A stretch of 59,487 nt of DNA from a virus: positions 1-59,487 of the IMG/VR virus record IMGVR_UViG_3300027896_005002. The stretch is one strand, 5' to 3'. The notes under the pieces are model-generated. The model worked only from the letters and a program-made list of their open reading frames with translations. It did not search any database and was not told where the DNA came from. Each line of letters opens with the position of its first letter. The stretch's first letter is position 1. Shown in pieces: positions 28,153 through 35,745 of this stretch. Made by a program: the position numbers and the translations under genes.

Positions 28153-28450
28153 TTTGTTTCTCCTCTCTCATCTTTTTTATTGAAATTAATTGATAAATTT
28201 GCAAGCTACAATCTACATCTAAGTATTCTAATTCTTTTTGCAAACTATCAATAGATTGCACAATATTTGCAACTTCATTTTTAATTTTGTTTTTCCTATG
28301 TAACAACTTATTGGGTATTGAATCAACAAATGTCATGTTAGATTCAAGATCCCTATAAAATTCAACAGCAGATTGCTTTATATTATCAGCTATATCACTG
28401 GATTTTCGTCTACAAGCTTGATAATTTTTTACTTCTTCATCAATATTCAT
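28070..28450 (-). CDS. Hypothetical protein (126 aa) translationally coupled to the large terminase (4-nt overlap)
   Basis: ORF; an ATGA-type overlap with the terminase stop. Confidence 0.35.
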   Translation of the reverse strand: MNIDEEVKNYQACRRKSSDIADNIKQSAVEFYRDLESNMTFVDSIPNKLLHRKNKIKNEVANIVQSIDSLQKELEYLDVDCSLQIYQLISIKKMREEKQNVREPNATVAGRFDNKRKLSNLKARTR

Positions 28451-30357
28451 ATTATTCTTTGTCTCGTTCTCATTATGCCAAGTTGCCTAGCATAAATCAA
28501 TTTATCAAAATCTGATCTACCTTTACGTCCAAGATTGACATTAGCCATGCCAATTTCAGCAGATCTTGAAACAACAGATGTAGAAATAATTTTTGCTGCA
28601 GATGCATCAGATTCATCATCCATTGCTATAGCAACAACATTAGCTAAAACGTCAGCTAAGTCATCAGTTACTACATCGCCAGACTTAGGCGCTTCAACAA
28701 CAAATTCTTTTTTTCCAACTTTTTTCTCTTGTAAATAAATTAGTTCGTCAATTCCATCTTTATTATATAAGAGTGATATCTTCCTATCATATATTATAGA
28801 CCGTAAATTTTTATAAATTTTCATATTATATTGTCTTGAAAAATGCGTTTTTGTAGCATCAATTCCAGCCTTTACAAATTTTTGAATTGACGCAGCAGAT
28901 TCAAATTGGTCATATACTATTTTAGCAACTCTAAAATTTCTAGTTAAATCTAATACATAATTATCAATGAATTCAATATCAATAAAATCAAACTCTGAAA
29001 ATTCAGGATCATCTACATGCCATCGTTTCCACTTATCAACTATTGCAATTAATCTACCCAAAGAATCTTTCTCACAGTGAACCATTGCTAATGCATAACC
29101 ATTATTATTTGTTGCTGGGTCCAGTGCAATATAATGTTTATATCTACCTGTCTGTCTGTCTGTCTCAGGTCTATAAACTGGAATTTTCTTTAATTGACCT
29201 TCATCGTCATATTGTTCATCATATCTAATAACACTAACACACTCTCGTATTTTTTCAGGAAATTTAAAAAACCCTGATACTGTCGTTGAAAATTGTGCTC
29301 CAAATTCAGTCCAATATGAATCAGGATTCTTTTTATACCGATTTTGTAACCATTCAAAAGTAATTGATACATTCATTTCCCATGTCGGCATCTGCAACAT
29401 TCGAGTATCTTGATCTTCAAATGACTTAGTATAAATATCATAAAATACACCACTTTTTGTATTTGGGCTTGAAATGTCAATAATCTTACTATCTTTACCA
29501 AAAGTTGCTCCCGATGGTGTCAAACTTTCATAAACTTTTTTACCACCTCTATTGCCTTCATTATCAACAAAATGTGCTAACTCATCAAATAAAGCAACAA
29601 TAACTGATCCACCTCTTGAACCTCTAGCAGAACATAATAATGATTCAATTTTAATTGATGCTCGTTTTTTTAATGGCTTACCGTATCTCTTTTCCTCTTC
29701 TTTCATTTTTTTAATATCATGTTTTGTTTTTAAATTTATTTCTTCATTATTGAAACTAGCAATATACGGTAAAAACCACTCACAATTAAATATTCTATTT
29801 TGAATTTGTGTAGAAAGTTCTAATGCTTGATCACCTGATGAAGCAACATTAACAATTTTAATTTTTTCATCTTCAGCCATTTTATAATAAGCCTGTGGAT
29901 TATCTTTTATAATTAATTTGTATGACTCATAAGTTGATATAATAGAAGCAATAAAAGTTTTTCCACCTCGTCTGCCACAAGCTAATAATAGTTCTGATGA
30001 TGCAAAAATTTCATCAATTGATGTAGATTCTATATTAATTCTCTTTTGATTTATCAGATACTGCGCATATTCTTTTTCAGTAAATAATTTACCTTCTTCA
30101 TCGTAAGGAAATGATCTTATTAAAATATCTCGTTTTGTATCATTAAATGGTAAATGATAAAAAACTTTTAAAATAAATCGTTGTGCCGGTTGTAAAGTTT
30201 TAATATTTAAATAAAATGGCGATTCAATAAATGTTAGAATATCAACCTCAACATCTTCATCTACTAAATTATCACAGTACTCATTAAAGATATCTTCAAA
30301 TGAAGATACTTGTTGATTTTCTTCAACTTCAACTAATTTTTGTGAAACTTTTGGCAT
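28447..30357 (-). CDS. terL: Terminase large subunit (ATPase plus nuclease)
   Basis: Seen in sequence: Walker-A-like LLACGRRGGKTFIASI; a possible Walker B / catalytic carboxylate segment in VIVALFDELAHF; an acidic C-terminal nuclease-like half; 636 aa; position upstream of the portal. Confidence 0.7.
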   Translation of the reverse strand: MPKVSQKLVEVEENQQVSSFEDIFNEYCDNLVDEDVEVDILTFIESPFYLNIKTLQPAQRFILKVFYHLPFNDTKRDILIRSFPYDEEGKLFTEKEYAQYLINQKRINIESTSIDEIFASSELLLACGRRGGKTFIASIISTYESYKLIIKDNPQAYYKMAEDEKIKIVNVASSGDQALELSTQIQNRIFNCEWFLPYIASFNNEEINLKTKHDIKKMKEEEKRYGKPLKKRASIKIESLLCSARGSRGGSVIVALFDELAHFVDNEGNRGGKKVYESLTPSGATFGKDSKIIDISSPNTKSGVFYDIYTKSFEDQDTRMLQMPTWEMNVSITFEWLQNRYKKNPDSYWTEFGAQFSTTVSGFFKFPEKIRECVSVIRYDEQYDDEGQLKKIPVYRPETDRQTGRYKHYIALDPATNNNGYALAMVHCEKDSLGRLIAIVDKWKRWHVDDPEFSEFDFIDIEFIDNYVLDLTRNFRVAKIVYDQFESAASIQKFVKAGIDATKTHFSRQYNMKIYKNLRSIIYDRKISLLYNKDGIDELIYLQEKKVGKKEFVVEAPKSGDVVTDDLADVLANVVAIAMDDESDASAAKIISTSVVSRSAEIGMANVNLGRKGRSDFDKLIYARQLGIMRTRQRII

Positions 30358-30358
30358 A

Positions 30359-31630
30359 TTAGTTTAAATTCCGAATTGCTTCTTTATGATAACAATTTTT
30401 TTCACCACAATCACAAACTAATTGACTAGCAAATTTACTAACCTTATATTTTTCATCAACAATATATGCTGATCCAATTTTAACAATAGTTTCTGGCACA
30501 TAAACAAATCTTAAATTCTTATCCATGGCTTTCTTAAGTAATAAAATATTAACTGCTGTTCTTAATTTTTTTAATCTTGGATTTTTTTGCAATTGAACTT
30601 CAGCACGTTCAAGCTCTCGTCTAATTGTTGATCGTGGTATTCTTTGACCTTTACTTTCAAATTCATTTGAAATTTCACCTATACTCATTGGTTTACCTTC
30701 AACAGTTAAACCATATGTCATTTTAATCAATTGTTCTCTTAATGGATCACCTAATTCACTAATTGCTTTTAAAACTTCATCTGATGTTCTAGCTTTAATA
30801 ACTTGTTGTTCAGGTGTATCATAAAATGGACTTTCAGCGGGTAAATCTTCAGGTGGTATATCTGTAGATATCTGTTCTGGACCTATTACTTCATGCAATG
30901 TTCTAGATTTTTCATCGGCATCACTAACTTCAGATTCTAATGAGATAGCTTCACTAGTAAGCAGATTTGAAATTTCACCTGGTGTCACAGTAATCTTTAA
31001 GTTAGGATCTGCATTAATATCTCTTGCCATCTGTTCAAGATTTGGATATCGATCATCTGGATGATTATGTATATATTTTTGAATTATTCTAAGTTTTTTT
31101 CTATCAGTAGGCTCCATTGTTACTGTCCGTCTAAATACTTTACGAACTTCACTTTTTAAATGATTATTTAATGTTATTTTTAAATAATTAAATAACCCTG
31201 GATTATTAGGATCAGCTCTTCCCAATGTATCAACAAATATCAATTGAGCCATTTGTTTTATATCTTCTAAATCTTCACGAGATGGATACCTCGAACCAAT
31301 AACACGTTTAATTGCAGCACCTATCATTGGCATAAAATTATCCTGCAATTTTTCAAACTCTGCTTGAGATCCCGTTGTTTGAAAAGTCTTAAGTGAATTT
31401 TGTACTTGCGGTAATGTCATTTTAAAATTCTTAAAATCTTCATCATCACCATCTTTTAATTCCCTAAATTTGTCACTAGGTTTTGCTGTTAAAGTTCTTC
31501 TAGAACCAGGATGTTTTTTCAAATATACTCTTTGCTCATCTAAAGTTAATTCATCCCAATCGCGAGAGCATTTTACAACATTTGCTATTTTACTATTTAA
31601 TAACCTTTCTAATATCAAAACCTTAAACAT
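30359..31630 (-). CDS. Sigma-70-family RNA polymerase sigma factor with an N-terminal extension and a C-terminal Cys/His tail
   Basis: Seen in sequence: a region-2-like segment EDLEDIKQMAQLIFVDTLGRADPNNPGLFNYLKITLNNHLKSEVRKVFRR, and a region-4 helix-turn-helix LREQLIKMTYGLTVEGKPMSIGEISNEFESKGQRIPRSTIRRELERAEVQLQK. AAGGAG Shine-Dalgarno 8 nt before the ATG at 31630. Confidence 0.6.
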   Translation of the reverse strand: MFKVLILERLLNSKIANVVKCSRDWDELTLDEQRVYLKKHPGSRRTLTAKPSDKFRELKDGDDEDFKNFKMTLPQVQNSLKTFQTTGSQAEFEKLQDNFMPMIGAAIKRVIGSRYPSREDLEDIKQMAQLIFVDTLGRADPNNPGLFNYLKITLNNHLKSEVRKVFRRTVTMEPTDRKKLRIIQKYIHNHPDDRYPNLEQMARDINADPNLKITVTPGEISNLLTSEAISLESEVSDADEKSRTLHEVIGPEQISTDIPPEDLPAESPFYDTPEQQVIKARTSDEVLKAISELGDPLREQLIKMTYGLTVEGKPMSIGEISNEFESKGQRIPRSTIRRELERAEVQLQKNPRLKKLRTAVNILLLKKAMDKNLRFVYVPETIVKIGSAYIVDEKYKVSKFASQLVCDCGEKNCYHKEAIRNLN

Positions 31631-31642
31631 ATTTAAACTCCT

Positions 31643-32041
31643 TTATTCCTTCAATAAATGATTAAGCTCATCCCTTTTTGTTATGCCTGCGTCACTTTTA
31701 GCTTTATTTATAACAGTATTAGCACTATTTTGTTTTTGTAAAATTACAGATATTCTTTCAGACTCTTTCTTTTTTACTTCATCTTGTGATATATTACCAT
31801 ATTGTTTTTTCTGTCTTTTATTTTTATTATCATAAATCGCTTGCCATCTTTTATTAGCGTCTTCACCCACAATCTTGTCAATAGATGTGTTAGTACTATT
31901 CTTTACTACAAAACTAGTTGATGACATAATCTTTTCAGATTCATTACCGCAAACGGGACACCGAGCATCAAAGTTATTTAATGTTTTTAACTCTTCAAAT
32001 TTTTGACCACAAGTTTTACAAACAAATTCATAAATCGGCAT
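31643..32041 (-). CDS. FmdB-family zinc-ribbon protein
   Basis: Seen in sequence: MPIYEFVCKTCGQKFE...CPVCGNES. I take the ATG at 32041, preceded by an AAGGAG Shine-Dalgarno, as the start; the ORF track's start at 32056 lies on top of that Shine-Dalgarno. Confidence 0.55.
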   Translation of the reverse strand: MPIYEFVCKTCGQKFEELKTLNNFDARCPVCGNESEKIMSSTSFVVKNSTNTSIDKIVGEDANKRWQAIYDNKNKRQKKQYGNISQDEVKKKESERISVILQKQNSANTVINKAKSDAGITKRDELNHLLKE

Positions 32042-32064
32042 ATAAATCTCCTTCATTTTTAAAT

Positions 32065-32865
32065 TTAAGTCTGCTTTATTCCGACAACTTTCTCAAAAAA
32101 TGTATCTAATTCCAATCTTAACTGTATTTTTTCTTTAATCTTATCAGCAGATACATCAATAGCTCTTTTATATACCTCAAAAGCTATACTGGTGAATTTA
32201 TCTTTTAACAATTTAATAGAATCTTTCAATTCCTCTCGAGAAATTAGTCTATCACCAATATACCACATATCAATAAATTCGCAACCTAATTGAAATAAAT
32301 ACTCGACTTTCTCATCAACAAAAACTTCAAATTCAGAATTTGATAAATTAGAAAATTCATCACTTAAAAAAGATGTCTTTATACAGTCTTTAATATCTTC
32401 ACGTAACATCGATTCAACAAATCTATTATAACTAATGTAATCTTCATGAGCACTTATACTTATACTTTCATGTAACTTTTTACTAAGTAAATTAGCATAA
32501 TCTGCCAATAATATTGATTTGACATTCTTGAGTTTTTGTTCAACATATGTCATTTGTATATTAATAATTTCAATATAATCAATTCGACAATTTTTTGTAA
32601 CAATTTCAGATGTTTTTGCAACTATATAACTAAAGTCAATATTATGTGGACAATTTTTATGAGGTACATCTTTTCCACTACGTCTTAAATTGTCAAATGA
32701 TAAAAATGAATTTCCAATTTTTAAATTTGGTTTTGTAATTATTATAAATAATGTCACACACAATACAACAAAAATAATTGTCACTATTACTTTTTGATCT
32801 GACGCATATATAAATATTTTTGCAATTGAATCCCATACACCAGTTGCTTTAGTCGTATCAATCAT
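32065..32865 (-). CDS. Hypothetical membrane-anchored protein (one N-terminal TM helix, 266 aa)
   Basis: Seen in sequence: the hydrophobic stretch VIVTIIFVVLCVTLFIII near the N-terminus. Confidence 0.45.
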   Translation of the reverse strand: MIDTTKATGVWDSIAKIFIYASDQKVIVTIIFVVLCVTLFIIITKPNLKIGNSFLSFDNLRRSGKDVPHKNCPHNIDFSYIVAKTSEIVTKNCRIDYIEIINIQMTYVEQKLKNVKSILLADYANLLSKKLHESISISAHEDYISYNRFVESMLREDIKDCIKTSFLSDEFSNLSNSEFEVFVDEKVEYLFQLGCEFIDMWYIGDRLISREELKDSIKLLKDKFTSIAFEVYKRAIDVSADKIKEKIQLRLELDTFFEKVVGIKQT

Positions 32866-32877
32866 GTTATCCTCATT

Positions 32878-33066
32878 CTATATGTAAACTCGAATTTTTG
32901 TCCTATCCTTATATCTTTTACCAAAACAATCTGTACAAACAACTTCACCATATGCTATTTCAATAATTTCATGTGTCTTTTTATCAACAATTTCAATCGG
33001 TATTCTTAACATTGAATCCTTTATCTCATTGCAGTCTGGACATCTTAATCCAGTCCTAATATTCAT
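32878..33066 (-). CDS. Small zinc-ribbon protein (62 aa; CPDC...CTDC)
   Basis: Seen in sequence: ATG at 33066 preceded by a GGGAGAG Shine-Dalgarno. The ORF track's longer form starts at a GTG at 33123. Confidence 0.45.
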   Translation of the reverse strand: MNIRTGLRCPDCNEIKDSMLRIPIEIVDKKTHEIIEIAYGEVVCTDCFGKRYKDRTKIRVYI

Positions 33067-33200
33067 ATTAATCTCTCCCATTGAAATTAATTTTATAAAT
33101 TTCAAAATACAGTATTCTAACACTTCAATTTTTCAAATAGACAACACACAAGATTTATAAAATTATAAACCGATAAGAAGGAAAATTAAGGGGTAGGAAA

Positions 33201-35240
33201 CTAATCTTTTTTGGATTTTTTGTGGAACTTAAATTCTATAGGAGTACCATCAAGAGAAAACATTCGTTTACAACGCGGAAATTTCGAACATCCACCAAAT
33301 TGCTTACCAGATTTTTTGCCTGTTCTAATAATAATCGGTGATCCACATTTATCACAAACAACACCTGTAAGATATTCTGCCGGCTTTTTCTCTACTATTA
33401 AAGGTTGATTATTTGTACCAATTTTAAAGATCGCTTTACACGGTTTATCTTTATTTGTATAACCTGCGCAACCATAAAAATAACCATATTTACTAAATCG
33501 CTTAACTAATTTATTTTTACCACAAGTTGGACATATTATATCTGTTTCCTCATATTTTTTAGTATCATCTTTTCTAACATTATTCAATCTTTTCTTTAAT
33601 TCAATAAAGAAATCATCAACTACTTTATACCATATAACATCACCAGAAACTATTGCATCTAATCTGTCCTCTACTCTTGCAGTATAATTCAAGTTCATCA
33701 ATTCTGGAAATGATTGTAATAAATACCTTGCAACTTTTTTTCCTAATTCTGTAGGCACAAAAGCTTTACCATTCTTTTCAATATAAAATCTCGCCAATAA
33801 TGTTGATACGATCGTTGCATAGGTCGACGGTCTACCAATTCCTTGTTCTTCTAATGTTTTAACTAATGATGCAGTATTATATGCAGCTGGAGGTTTTGTA
33901 AAATGTTGCTTGCTATCAACAACTGTTAATTTTACAATTTCATCTTCTTGAACTTGAGGTAATAATTCATCTTTTGAATCACTATACGGCCAATATTTTA
34001 AAAAACCATCAAATACTAATGTTTGACCATTAGCAACAAATATATGTTTTTCATTATCTGATTCAACTTCAACTTTTGTTACGTCAAATTCTGCATCAGA
34101 CATTTGACAGGAAACAAATCTATAATAAATCGCTTCATACAATTTATATTCATCATCAGGTATACTTTGCCTAACTTGACTTAAAGTAAATTCTAAATGT
34201 GCAGGTCGAATACCTTCATGAGCTTCCTGTGCAGATATATTTTTTGATTTAAATATTCGTGGACTTTCAGATAAATATTTTTGTCCCTCTTTATCTAAAA
34301 TAAATTGTCTGACTGCACTTAAAGCTTCAGAACTAATATTTACAGAATCTGTTCTATGATAAGTAATTAATCCTGTAGAATCATGACCAACAATTTGAAA
34401 ACCTTCATATAACCTTTGAGCATTTTTCATTGTTCTATCACCATCCCAACCAAAAGATGATGAACAAAATTGCTGTAAAGAAGCTGTATTAAACAATGGT
34501 GATGGTGATCGTTTTTTCTTCGTTTTTGTTGTAGATTTAATCGACCACTTTTTGACATCTCTAATCAATTCTAAAGCAGCATCCGTCTGCTGCTTATTAA
34601 CTAATTTTTCATCGCTTTTATAATTTGCAGAAAATATATTATTTCTTGGCGTTGAAAATTTACCTGTTATATCCCAATATTCTTCTGGTTTAAAAGCATC
34701 AATTTCATCTTGTCTTTCAACAATCAATTTTAACCCAATTGATTGAACTCTACCAGCAGATGTTCCTTTACAAACATATTTCCATAAAATCGGTGATACT
34801 TTGAATCCTACTAAAAAATCTAATACGGATCTTGCCTGTTGAGCATTATATAAATGTTCATCAAGTGTCGTAGGATTTTGAATCGCTCGTAATATTGCTG
34901 ATTTAGTTATTTCCTGAAATCTTGCGCGTTTAATAGGACATTTTTTTCCTACAACAAATTTTGCAATATGCATTCCAATAGCAGTACCTTCTCTGTCGTC
35001 ATCAGTTGCTATTATAACTTCATCGCATTCTTTTGCTAATGCTCTTATTTCATTAATGACTTGCTTTTTCTTAGGTATTGCAATATAATTTGGTGTATAA
35101 TTATTTTCAATATCTATTGCAGTAACTTTTGGTTCAATTTGATAACAGTGACCCACACTGGCTTTTACCCTATATTCAGGCCCCAAAAACGATTGAATCA
35201 CTCTTACTTTACCTGGAGATTCCACAATAAATAATTTCAT
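33201..35240 (-). CDS. topA: DNA topoisomerase I (type IA) with two C-terminal C4 zinc-ribbon motifs
   Basis: Seen in sequence: a Toprim N-terminus MKLFIVESPGKVRVIQ...IIATDDDREGTAIG, the active-site tyrosine context GLITYHRTDS, and C-terminal CPTCGKNKLVKR...GCAGY and CDKCGSPIIIRTGKKSGKQFGGCSKFPRCK. Confidence 0.9.
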   Translation of the reverse strand: MKLFIVESPGKVRVIQSFLGPEYRVKASVGHCYQIEPKVTAIDIENNYTPNYIAIPKKKQVINEIRALAKECDEVIIATDDDREGTAIGMHIAKFVVGKKCPIKRARFQEITKSAILRAIQNPTTLDEHLYNAQQARSVLDFLVGFKVSPILWKYVCKGTSAGRVQSIGLKLIVERQDEIDAFKPEEYWDITGKFSTPRNNIFSANYKSDEKLVNKQQTDAALELIRDVKKWSIKSTTKTKKKRSPSPLFNTASLQQFCSSSFGWDGDRTMKNAQRLYEGFQIVGHDSTGLITYHRTDSVNISSEALSAVRQFILDKEGQKYLSESPRIFKSKNISAQEAHEGIRPAHLEFTLSQVRQSIPDDEYKLYEAIYYRFVSCQMSDAEFDVTKVEVESDNEKHIFVANGQTLVFDGFLKYWPYSDSKDELLPQVQEDEIVKLTVVDSKQHFTKPPAAYNTASLVKTLEEQGIGRPSTYATIVSTLLARFYIEKNGKAFVPTELGKKVARYLLQSFPELMNLNYTARVEDRLDAIVSGDVIWYKVVDDFFIELKKRLNNVRKDDTKKYEETDIICPTCGKNKLVKRFSKYGYFYGCAGYTNKDKPCKAIFKIGTNNQPLIVEKKPAEYLTGVVCDKCGSPIIIRTGKKSGKQFGGCSKFPRCKRMFSLDGTPIEFKFHKKSKKD

Positions 35241-35512
35241 GTTTGTACCTTTATCACTTTTAGCGGCAATTTTGAATCATCAGGCCATTCCATTTGATAA
35301 CCACAAAACTTCCACCAATTATCACCAAGTTTGCGAATATGGTCCTTCCATTTTTTACTTCGTTCATATTCACGTTCAAACTGCCAACTTGGATTATTCA
35401 AAAAAATTGGAGATGGTGGATTCAATTTTTTCCATGTTTCATACTCATTTTTACAAAACATTATCCATTCTTGTTCTAATTCAAAACTAATATCATCTGA
35501 ATTTTCATTCAT
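35237..35512 (-). CDS. Hypothetical Trp-rich protein (91 aa)
   Basis: ORF with 4-nt overlaps on both sides. Confidence 0.4.
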   Translation of the reverse strand: MNENSDDISFELEQEWIMFCKNEYETWKKLNPPSPIFLNNPSWQFEREYERSKKWKDHIRKLGDNWWKFCGYQMEWPDDSKLPLKVIKVQT

Positions 35513-35733
35513 TTAACTTTACTTGCAAGATAATCAACTAAATCATCAAGTTTGTGAAAATTAGCAATATCTTCATCGGGAATTTCAAGACTAAAAGCTT
35601 CTTCCGTAGCAATTATAAGATTTACACAATCTAAAGAATCAATGTTAAAGGCAGTGGCATCATCTACTATGTCGATACAAAGTTCGTCAGCAATAATTTG
35701 TTTTAATTTGTCTTTAATAGTATTTCTATCCAT
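35509..35733 (-). CDS. acpP: Acyl carrier protein
   Basis: Seen in sequence: a 74-aa acidic protein with the phosphopantetheine-attachment motif FNIDSLDCVNLIIATEEAF (DSLD); GAAAGGA Shine-Dalgarno upstream. Confidence 0.8.
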   Translation of the reverse strand: MDRNTIKDKLKQIIADELCIDIVDDATAFNIDSLDCVNLIIATEEAFSLEIPDEDIANFHKLDDLVDYLASKVK

Positions 35734-35745
35734 AAATTATCCTTT

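Noticed and set aside
29148-29166. (TGTC)4.5 tetranucleotide repeat inside the terminase gene (encodes ETDRQTDR)
   Set aside because: It is too short to be a convincing slipped-strand contingency locus, and slippage would frameshift an essential gene.
33100-33125. Possible extended -10 promoter (TGtTAGAAT on the minus strand) about 45 nt upstream of the 62-aa zinc-ribbon gene
   Set aside because: There is no -35 at acceptable spacing. In a 30%-GC genome TATAAT-like hexamers occur by chance. I keep it only as a weak candidate.
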